Below, in pieces: positions 53,976-61,461 of a DNA stretch of 64,000 bases. This DNA is from a virus. The stretch lies in IMG/VR virus record IMGVR_UViG_3300025545_000003, positions 1 to 64,000 of that record; one strand, given 5' to 3'. The position numbers and the translations under genes are program-made. The notes below the pieces were generated by a model that made no database searches, had not been told where the DNA came from, and saw only the letters and a program-made list of their open reading frames with translations. How positions within the stretch are numbered: position 1 is the first letter of the stretch; each line of letters opens with the position of its first letter.

Positions 53976-54692
53976 CTAGCCCTTCTGCTGGCCGAAGAAA
54001 GTCACGAGCTTGGTGTAACGGACGCCTTCCTTGGCCGCTGCGGCCTTGGCATCCTCGCCACGCTTGGTCACCGCTGCCGCCCTGTCCTTGGCCGAAACCT
54101 GAGACTCGGAGATGTCCTGCATCACCTGCTCACGTTCGGACTGGAGGGCGGCGATCTGCGCCTCAAGCGCCTTGATGCGGTCATCGCTGCTGGTCTTCAG
54201 GCCCTCGAACTGGCTCTGGATCGCCGTACAGCGGGTGGCTACGTCCTTGTCGATGAAGGATCCGTACTGGCGCAGGACGTTGACACGCTTCTCAGCGTCC
54301 GCCTTGACCGTGGGCTCGTCCCATGCGTCGTCGGCGGCGTCCATCGCCCGGATCATGGCGAGGCGCTGCGGTTCGGGGAACTGTGCGAGGTTGTCCAGCA
54401 GGGTGAGGACGGTGTGGGCCGAGTTCGCCCCGGTGCCTACCTTGCCTGCGGCGAAGACCTCGTCGAGCGTCCAGTCCAACGCTGTCCGCTTGGGGGCCGG
54501 AGGCGCTGCCGGGGCGGCGGGTGCCGCCTCTACGGGTGCCGTTGGGGTAGCCGTGAAGGCTGCCAGCGGGTCATCGGACACCGCAGGAGCGGCGACCTCG
54601 GTCACGTCGGTCGCATCGTCGGGGGTCTCTTCCGTGTCGTAGTCCACGAACATGGACAGGAACCCGCCCTTCTTTTTCTCTTCACCGGCCAT
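53976..54692 (-). CDS. coiled-coil hypothetical protein
   Basis: AGGAGG RBS; first gene of the ABC operon. Confidence 0.65.
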   Translation of the reverse strand: MAGEEKKKGGFLSMFVDYDTEETPDDATDVTEVAAPAVSDDPLAAFTATPTAPVEAAPAAPAAPPAPKRTALDWTLDEVFAAGKVGTGANSAHTVLTLLDNLAQFPEPQRLAMIRAMDAADDAWDEPTVKADAEKRVNVLRQYGSFIDKDVATRCTAIQSQFEGLKTSSDDRIKALEAQIAALQSEREQVMQDISESQVSAKDRAAAVTKRGEDAKAAAAKEGVRYTKLVTFFGQQKG

Positions 54693-54715
54693 CAGGCACC
54701 TCCTCTTGCTCTATC

Positions 54716-54743
54716 TCTACCCGAACCACGAAAGGGCTAAGCC
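54716..54743 (-). promoter_or_regulatory. putative phage promoter
   Basis: GGCTTAG-N13-CGGGTAGA. Confidence 0.7.
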
Positions 54744-54752
54744 CCCCGAGGG

Positions 54753-55754
54753 TCAGGCATCTTCACTTTTGTCTTCATCAGGGGTGCTCTCGTGCCACCC
54801 CATGACATACCCACACGTCTTGCAGAACCCGTCCCCGTCGTCCTCACAGGCCGAGATCCAGTCCCCATTCATGGCATCATCGTTCTCGAAGGAGCCCTCG
54901 CACTTCTCGGGGGCCTCTGCCCTCTCGGTGCCGTCGTCGTGGTAGAAGAACCGGACGAGGCGGGCGAGTTCCATCAGAGCCGTTTCCCAGTCCGGGCCGC
55001 CACAGTCGAGGCGGATGTCGTGACAGGACTGCCAGCGGTTGTACTTGTTCCACCCCTCCTCCGGGATCATCTCGTTGTCGTCCTCGGAGCGGTCGTACCA
55101 GCCTCCGGCTTCGACCCAGACACGGGACGCATTGTTGCGGGGGTCGTCCACGCCGTCGGAAAGCTCGTCGTGGATGCGCTCCGCCAGCGGGTCGACGTGG
55201 TGGAAGGTGGTCTCAACGGACTCGTAGAACCCGCCGCCGATCCGGTGTACCTCGTCCTGCCAGTCCGGGCCGTCGAACAGCATGGGGACGGCCTTGAGCA
55301 CGCCCTCCGAGTCCGGCTCCGCCGAAACGACCTTGTGGCCGGACTTGTCGACGTCCCCGATCTCAATGGGGTCCCCGAAGTAGCTGCCTCCCTCGGGCGG
55401 GCAGCGCATCTCGACAGGGTACGTCCACAGGGGGTGCTCCATCAGCCACTCGACCTCTGCCTTGCGGAGAGGGGCGTCCACGGGGAGCGGGGGAGCCGTC
55501 CGGTGGAACGGGAGTTCCTTGAACTGGAGGTGGGACAGGATGGTCTTCGCCAGACGTTCGGCGTCGTCCGACCGGAGGCCGAACCCCCGAACGGACTCGT
55601 CGAAGGACACCATGACGGAGCCCAACGCAGGGTTCCATCCAATGGTCAGGTTGAACTGTTGCGGGGCGGCCTGTTTCGGAGCGCCGCCCATCTCAGGGAA
55701 CAGGGTGATGATCTTGCCGTTCCCGTTCCCGTTCCCGTTACCCTTGTCCGTCAT
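54753..55754 (-). CDS. hypothetical protein
   Basis: GGAG RBS; codon bias. Confidence 0.6.
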   Translation of the reverse strand: MTDKGNGNGNGNGKIITLFPEMGGAPKQAAPQQFNLTIGWNPALGSVMVSFDESVRGFGLRSDDAERLAKTILSHLQFKELPFHRTAPPLPVDAPLRKAEVEWLMEHPLWTYPVEMRCPPEGGSYFGDPIEIGDVDKSGHKVVSAEPDSEGVLKAVPMLFDGPDWQDEVHRIGGGFYESVETTFHHVDPLAERIHDELSDGVDDPRNNASRVWVEAGGWYDRSEDDNEMIPEEGWNKYNRWQSCHDIRLDCGGPDWETALMELARLVRFFYHDDGTERAEAPEKCEGSFENDDAMNGDWISACEDDGDGFCKTCGYVMGWHESTPDEDKSEDA

Positions 55755-55755
55755 G

Positions 55756-56016
55756 CTAGTCTCCGTTTCGGATCCATCTCAGGAGCCGGGGTTCCACTAA
55801 ACGCCACCAGAGGGTCATGGCTACGATACCGAACAGGATGCCTCGGGCGTAATAGTACCGGGCCTCAAGGTTCTCGGACGCCATGTTGGTGTTCATGGTG
55901 ATCTCGATCCCGGCCTCCGCACCAGCCATGAAGCCGGTGACGATCATGGCCAGCACCACACCGCACACAACTAGCCCGAACAGACAGGCGCAGGCCGTCC
56001 TTTGGAGTTTCGTCAT
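55756..56016 (-). CDS. small membrane protein
   Basis: two hydrophobic segments. Confidence 0.55.
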   Translation of the reverse strand: MTKLQRTACACLFGLVVCGVVLAMIVTGFMAGAEAGIEITMNTNMASENLEARYYYARGILFGIVAMTLWWRLVEPRLLRWIRNGD

Positions 56017-56019
56017 CCG

Positions 56020-56220
56020 TCACCTCTGCTTGAAGGCTCTGCCCTTACCGCACAGGAACAGGAAGGTGTCCCCGTCCCGTTCTTGGATCATCAGGTCGAA
56101 GTGCAGAGCCAACTCCTCGATCTCGTGGTACTCAAAGCTCACGTACCCCTCACGGGGCGGAGCCTTCGGGTGGCCCTTCACCTCGGGCCACATCACGACT
56201 TTCAGACTGATGTCGTTCAT
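56020..56220 (-). CDS. hypothetical protein
   Basis: TAATG overlap with rtcB. Confidence 0.5.
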   Translation of the reverse strand: MNDISLKVVMWPEVKGHPKAPPREGYVSFEYHEIEELALHFDLMIQERDGDTFLFLCGKGRAFKQR

Positions 56221-57632
56221 TACTCCAGCCCCTTGAGGTTGGCGACCGGGAACAGGCGCAGGGTCATCTTGGCGATGCCCTCGTCCTCCAACACCCGGAG
56301 CACAGCGTTGAGATCCTTGTAGGCGTGGCCGCACTCGTCCAGCGGCGTCCGCTCCGAGTTCATGACGATGCCCTCGACGATGGTTCCGTCCGCGCAGACG
56401 ACACGGGCGTCCCGCATCTCCTCGTCGATCTCATCGTGGATTGCCCGAAGCTCACGCTTGGCCTCCCCACGTCCCATGAGCCGTCCGGCCCCGTGGTTGA
56501 CGGAGCAGCCCGTCTTCCTCGTCCCGGAGAGCGGGAACAGGATCGCAGCCCCGTCCTTCATGGAACCGGGGATCAAGCACGGGTGGCCCGTCTCAGCCCA
56601 CTTCGTGCGGGCGAGATCCGGGTGTCCAGCCGGGAAGGCACGGGTCGCCCCCTTGCGGTGAACGAAGCCCTCCGTCAGCGAACCGTCCGGCAGGTAGATG
56701 CGCTCCTGCTGGATCAGGTTGTGGCTGATCTCGTACAGGGTCTCAGACTCAGCCCCTCCGAACACCGTCGCCGTGGCGTCCGCCAGCCCTCTGGCTATGA
56801 CGTGCCTGTTGGCGATGGCGTAGTTGGCCGCCGAGTTGTGGTGCGCCCAATACTCCTTCCCGAGATCCTCGTCCATGCGGAGGTAGGACTCCTCCCGTCG
56901 CTTGGACTGGAGGCACCGCAATCGGGCACCCTCGTAGAAGTAGTGGTTGGCCGTGTGCCACCCGTACCCACGGGAGCCGCAGTGCAGCATCAGCCAGACA
57001 GAGGAGTCCGTCGGGTCTACCTGCATCTCGATGAAGTGGTTCCCACCACCGAGGGATCCCATCTGCGGGACGGCCTTCGGCCACGCCCGGTCGATGCGGT
57101 TGGCCTTGAAGTGCGCCGTGTCCACACGCATGAAGACACGCTCGCACTCGTCCGCCGTGACACCCACCGGCTCTCCGCCGTGGGCAAGCATCTCCTGCAC
57201 GTCCGTCCACCCGTAGGTCGGCATCTTGACCGGACGGTGCGAACCGAGGCCCGTGGCTACACGCTCCTCAACCGCATGAATCCACTCCAGCCGCTTGGCC
57301 GGATCGACGATGTCCGCCGCCTTGAGGCTCGTCTTCATGTAGAGGACGCCGCACGAGATGTCGTAGCCGGAGCCTGACTGGACCAGCGTGTCGTCGGTCA
57401 CGATGACGCTGCCGATGGGAACCCCGAACCCGAAGTGGGTGTCCGGCATCAGGAAGGCGTGAGTCACACCCTTGTAGGATGCGGCCTGTACAGCCTGTGC
57501 CCAGAGCCCCTCTTCGGTGGCCTCCCATAGTTCCTTGGTGAGGAAAGCTGTGACGTCGCACCGCATCCCGGCCCGTGCGGGCAGGACACAGCAGTTGTCA
57601 GTCAGCCAGTGGATGTCGTACTTGTGAGACAT
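56220..57632 (-). CDS. rtcB: RtcB RNA ligase
   Basis: MPD.H.G.G.PIG, DISCG, GGGNHF.E, HCGSRG, HRKGA, PGSM and HGAGR motifs. Confidence 0.93.
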   Translation of the reverse strand: MSHKYDIHWLTDNCCVLPARAGMRCDVTAFLTKELWEATEEGLWAQAVQAASYKGVTHAFLMPDTHFGFGVPIGSVIVTDDTLVQSGSGYDISCGVLYMKTSLKAADIVDPAKRLEWIHAVEERVATGLGSHRPVKMPTYGWTDVQEMLAHGGEPVGVTADECERVFMRVDTAHFKANRIDRAWPKAVPQMGSLGGGNHFIEMQVDPTDSSVWLMLHCGSRGYGWHTANHYFYEGARLRCLQSKRREESYLRMDEDLGKEYWAHHNSAANYAIANRHVIARGLADATATVFGGAESETLYEISHNLIQQERIYLPDGSLTEGFVHRKGATRAFPAGHPDLARTKWAETGHPCLIPGSMKDGAAILFPLSGTRKTGCSVNHGAGRLMGRGEAKRELRAIHDEIDEEMRDARVVCADGTIVEGIVMNSERTPLDECGHAYKDLNAVLRVLEDEGIAKMTLRLFPVANLKGLE

Positions 57633-57650
57633 GAGTCCCTCCTCGGGTCA

Positions 57651-57678
57651 TCTACACGGAAGCGGAGGGCACTAAGCC
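57651..57678 (-). promoter_or_regulatory. putative phage promoter
   Basis: GGCTTAG-N13-CGTGTAGA upstream of rtcB. Confidence 0.7.
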
Positions 57679-57681
57679 CGC

Positions 57682-58692
57682 TCAGGGCTCGACAGGCAAG
57701 AACTCAAGGGCAGCGAGGAGGTATTCGATCAGCTTGTCACGGCCCCATGCGTGGATCGTCATGGACTTGGCGTGGTCTTCGGGGCCCTGCCAGCGACCAC
57801 TGGATTCGTAGGTCACCTTGTCCCGCTTCCCGAGATCCCGGAGGTGGTCCACGGCGAACAGGCGTTCCGACTTCATGGACAGGCTGATTACCCGCTTGCG
57901 GGGGCCGACCGTGAACTCGGTCTCGGCGTAGACGAACGTGTACCACGGCTCCGACTTCGTGCTGTCCCCGTAGTACTGGTTGGGGATCACGGTGGGTTCG
58001 AAGGTGCGGCCCGACTTGTCCTGCACCTCCTTGAACACCCCGGCCCAGAACTCGTCGTGGTTGCGGCGGATCGGGTCAATGATCTCTTCGGTGCGGGCCT
58101 CTTCTCGGGGGACGTGCTTCCAGCCGCCCTCCGTCCCGAGGTAGACACGGAAGATCATTTCCGGCCAGAGCGGCGGGTTCTCGGGGGCGAGGAGCGTCCG
58201 GGGGTTGTACTGGACGTACCCGGCACGGAACGCTTCGATCAGGGCCTTGCCGTCCACGGGGAGGCGGTTCCCCTCGTCGTCCTCGTACCACTCGCCCACC
58301 AGCTTGTGGTCGTCGTTGTACTCGGACTTGTAGTGGTAGCCCTTGGCCGGGTCGAGGCCGAATGTCCCAGCGATGGCGTCGGCGTCTTCGTTCTCCTTGG
58401 CCTTCTTGAGGGGCATCCAGCCGTCCATCTCGTAGGCACGGGAAGCGGTGGCCAGCTTGGTGTTGAACCAATCGAACACCGGCTGGAGGAACGTCTCGGT
58501 AAAGTCGTCGGGGACGCCCTTCGGACCATCCGGGAAGATGGAGAACGTGCTGTAGCCGTTGTTGCTGATCTCCAAGGCACGGAGGCCGCAGGGGCAGAAG
58601 TGATGGGCCGAGTAACCGGCTCCCATCGTGCAGCCACCTTGTCGCCACTCGTTGCGGCCACAGGTGCAGTTGGGGAGTACTCGTTCAGTCAT
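57682..58692 (-). CDS. hypothetical protein
   Basis: GGAGGAG RBS. Confidence 0.6.
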   Translation of the reverse strand: MTERVLPNCTCGRNEWRQGGCTMGAGYSAHHFCPCGLRALEISNNGYSTFSIFPDGPKGVPDDFTETFLQPVFDWFNTKLATASRAYEMDGWMPLKKAKENEDADAIAGTFGLDPAKGYHYKSEYNDDHKLVGEWYEDDEGNRLPVDGKALIEAFRAGYVQYNPRTLLAPENPPLWPEMIFRVYLGTEGGWKHVPREEARTEEIIDPIRRNHDEFWAGVFKEVQDKSGRTFEPTVIPNQYYGDSTKSEPWYTFVYAETEFTVGPRKRVISLSMKSERLFAVDHLRDLGKRDKVTYESSGRWQGPEDHAKSMTIHAWGRDKLIEYLLAALEFLPVEP

Positions 58693-58713
58693 GGGCTCCT
58701 CCTATTCAGGGAT

Positions 58714-58741
58714 CCCACACGGAACAGGAAGGGGCTAAGCC
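58714..58741 (-). promoter_or_regulatory. putative phage promoter (degenerate second box)
   Basis: GGCTTAG-N13-CGTGTGGG. Confidence 0.5.
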
Positions 58742-58748
58742 GGATCCG

Positions 58749-59234
58749 CTACTTGAAGTACACCCGAGGGGTGCCCTCTTTCACGTCCACCGCTTCAAGG
58801 ACGGCATCCCGCTTGGCTTGATCAGCCCCGGCGACACGGGTAGCGAGGGTATCACGGGCCTTGTAGGTCACGACCGTGTCGAAGAAGCGGTCGAAGTCAT
58901 CTCCCAGAATCCCCTTCAAGCCGTCCATGTCGGCGTCCTTGCGAACGACCGTGTTGGGCTTGGGGATCGAGACCGTACAGCGGGAGCCGTCGTTCCCATC
59001 GAAGTGCTCTGCGCCGGGATCTCCCGCACGGGCCTGTACGGCCAGTTCACGCAGCTTGCCCTTGATGGGTTCCAAGGCTTCCCCGGCCTCTTTGGAGATG
59101 CCCGCCAGCTTGTGCCCCAAGGCCACAGCCTCCTCGTCCGGCATGGCGGTGAGGAGGCTGGGCAGGGCACGGCGGAGGTCTTCGATGGTACGGATAACCG
59201 TGATCAGGTCGGCAGTTTTCGGCGTGGGCATCAA
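58749..59234 (-). CDS. hypothetical protein
   Basis: operon chain. Confidence 0.6.
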   Translation of the reverse strand: MMPTPKTADLITVIRTIEDLRRALPSLLTAMPDEEAVALGHKLAGISKEAGEALEPIKGKLRELAVQARAGDPGAEHFDGNDGSRCTVSIPKPNTVVRKDADMDGLKGILGDDFDRFFDTVVTYKARDTLATRVAGADQAKRDAVLEAVDVKEGTPRVYFK

Positions 59235-60073
59235 TCTTCCTCGTAGCAGTGAACGTGGTAGATGCCGGGTGGGCCTTGTGACGCATTCGCCGAGCGAATC
59301 CAGACAGCATCCTCACCCTTCGACACCACGTTACCGCACTTCTTGCAGATGGCCTTCTGCTGACAGGTGATTCGTTGCGTTTCACCCGACATGCTCGTGG
59401 CACCACTCGTCGCCGGTCGGGCGGCGGGCTTTGAGGGCTTCACGGCAGGCCCCACGACGGTCGAGGGCTGTACCTGCTTGGCGGCAGCGGCGTCGATGTC
59501 CTCTTTGGCCAACAGGGTGGACAGCCGGGACAGGTGAGCCGCCATGGCGTTGAGGCAGCGGTTCTTCACCGCACAGTCGGTGCATACGTCCGACTTGTCC
59601 GAGTACGCCCCGTAACAGGGCGTCTGCTCGATGGCCAGCCCCCGAATGTAGGCGTCGTCGTGGTAATCGTTGCCCTCGTCGTGTCCGGGGGACACCGGCA
59701 AGGGCATCGAGGCTACCTGAGTTTTGTCACCGTCCACGCTGTCCTCCGAGGACTTGGCATCCCGTAGGGACTGTGCCTTGATTACTCCATCCGGGGTCAG
59801 CTTCCACGTACCCCGGCCTTCACGGGCGGCCCAACCCTCTGCGATGAGGGTCTTGAACGCCGCCTGCATCCAACGCACGGTGCTGAAAGCGTTGACCCCT
59901 GCGGGCTTTCCGAACTGGTCGATGGTGATGCCCATGTCCACACAGGTCGGATCGTAGGTGGCCTCGCTTTGGACGGGGACGTCCGGCTTGAACCCGGAGA
60001 GCTTCCCCAGAGTCAGGAGCAGCGGGCTAACGAAGCTCTTGGCGCTAACGGTGTGCTTGGGTGTGCCTCTCAT
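59231..60073 (-). CDS. hypothetical protein (possible wHTH N-terminus, C-terminal zinc finger)
   Basis: RGTWKLT; CKKCG...G...W...HVHC. Confidence 0.55.
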   Translation of the reverse strand: MRGTPKHTVSAKSFVSPLLLTLGKLSGFKPDVPVQSEATYDPTCVDMGITIDQFGKPAGVNAFSTVRWMQAAFKTLIAEGWAAREGRGTWKLTPDGVIKAQSLRDAKSSEDSVDGDKTQVASMPLPVSPGHDEGNDYHDDAYIRGLAIEQTPCYGAYSDKSDVCTDCAVKNRCLNAMAAHLSRLSTLLAKEDIDAAAAKQVQPSTVVGPAVKPSKPAARPATSGATSMSGETQRITCQQKAICKKCGNVVSKGEDAVWIRSANASQGPPGIYHVHCYEED

Positions 60074-60074
60074 C

Positions 60075-61313
60075 CTATCGGCCCCCCTTGAACCCGCCGA
60101 CAGTGGATCCCGGAGGAGCCTTGCCAACGTCCAGCATGGAGATGTGGGGATCCATGATCTTGATCGCCGATTCCCGGTTCTCCTCGTCGGGTAGCCGGTC
60201 GAGCCACGAACGGGAGGCCAGCTTCAACAGGTTCTTCGGCACCTTGGCAGAGCCGTTGCACTCCAGCATGTCCTCTGCGTGCATCAGGATCGAGCACAGG
60301 CCACGGTGGGAGAACTCGCCGTACAGTTCGCCGTCGAGGATGGCCTCACGGAGCGACTTCGTCACCTTGCCCATCTTCTCGAACAGGGTGTCTCCGACCC
60401 GCTGTGCCAGCACCGGGAACTTGGCCCGGACAATGGACTCCTCGTCCCGCCAGTCCATCCAGCGGAACTGGAAGACCTTCTCAAAGCGGTCGAGCAGGGA
60501 GGCGTCGATGGGGTTGGCCGAGATCATACGCCCACGTTCGTCGCCCGAACCCGCCGTGTTGCCTGTAGCGGCGACCAGCGTGCCGGGGAGTACCGGGTAG
60601 ACCTTGCCAGCGGGGCCGTCGATGCGGCCTTGGATGGAGTCCGTGATGAGGCGGAGGTGTTCGGCCTGTTCCCGGTCGGCCCGGTCGAAGTCAGTGACCA
60701 GCATCATGTAAGGGATGCGTCGTCCGGTAGGGGTGACGAACCCGTCACGCAGGGCCTTGAGGGCCTCGCCCTCTTCCCAATGCGTGCCCGCCTCTGTGAA
60801 CCCACGGCTGAAGAACCACGCCTCGATGTCCGTGCCCGGTTTCACCTGCCGGATCATCGCCGGGGTGCGGGTCAGGTTGCTCCAAGCGTGGAACAGGGCG
60901 TCCTTCCCGCTACCGGGAAGCCCCCACACGTAGATCGACCGCTTGAAGAACAGGGACACGACAGCGTGCTCCACGTCCTCCCCGAGCAGTCCGTACCGGG
61001 GGATCCGGTAATGGTCCGGCATGGGGAGGCAGTTTTCCACTGGCACGTCCACGTTAACCGGGAACTCGATCCGCCCAAACTTCACCTTCAGGGAGGTGGG
61101 CTTGGGCGGGTGCGCCCGCTTGCGGGGGTTCACAGTCTGCTGGAAGCGGGCATGGAGCCGCTGGCTGACGGTGCCCGCATCCGGGTACGTGTCGAGGTAC
61201 TTTGATGCTGTCATGCCGTGGGCTTCCAAGAGGTGGTCCCCCAGGAAGTCCTGCTCTACGTGACCGCAGATCCGGCACTTGAGCCCATCAGGCTTGGTCT
61301 TGCTATCCGTCAC
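60075..61313 (-). CDS. MoxR/CobS-like AAA+ ATPase with N-terminal zinc finger
   Basis: GLPGSGK, atypical Walker B (LVTDFD), ATGN and DASLLDRF motifs. Confidence 0.8.
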   Translation of the reverse strand: MTDSKTKPDGLKCRICGHVEQDFLGDHLLEAHGMTASKYLDTYPDAGTVSQRLHARFQQTVNPRKRAHPPKPTSLKVKFGRIEFPVNVDVPVENCLPMPDHYRIPRYGLLGEDVEHAVVSLFFKRSIYVWGLPGSGKDALFHAWSNLTRTPAMIRQVKPGTDIEAWFFSRGFTEAGTHWEEGEALKALRDGFVTPTGRRIPYMMLVTDFDRADREQAEHLRLITDSIQGRIDGPAGKVYPVLPGTLVAATGNTAGSGDERGRMISANPIDASLLDRFEKVFQFRWMDWRDEESIVRAKFPVLAQRVGDTLFEKMGKVTKSLREAILDGELYGEFSHRGLCSILMHAEDMLECNGSAKVPKNLLKLASRSWLDRLPDEENRESAIKIMDPHISMLDVGKAPPGSTVGGFKGGR

Positions 61314-61355
61314 TTGCCCCTCTCGGTGAGTAGGGTTTCTCGTCCGTCTGCCCCT

Positions 61356-61383
61356 TCTACCCGTTGCCCCCTTTCGCTAAGCC
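61356..61383 (-). promoter_or_regulatory. putative phage promoter
   Basis: GGCTTAG-N13-CGGGTAGA. Confidence 0.7.
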
Positions 61384-61395
61384 CCCCGAAGCGTG

Positions 61396-61423
61396 GGCTT
61401 AGGCTTTTCTCGTTCCGGGTAGA
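61396..61423 (+). promoter_or_regulatory. putative phage promoter
   Basis: GGCTTAG-N13-CGGGTAGA. Confidence 0.7.
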
Positions 61424-61461
61424 ATGGTCACCGGGTGGTAACTTGCGCCCCGTGAGGTGAC

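Noticed and set aside
2667-61423. Repeated motif as a CRISPR array or IS ends
   Set aside because: The copies are dispersed, bipartite and gene-oriented; there are no regular spacers, cas genes or transposase.
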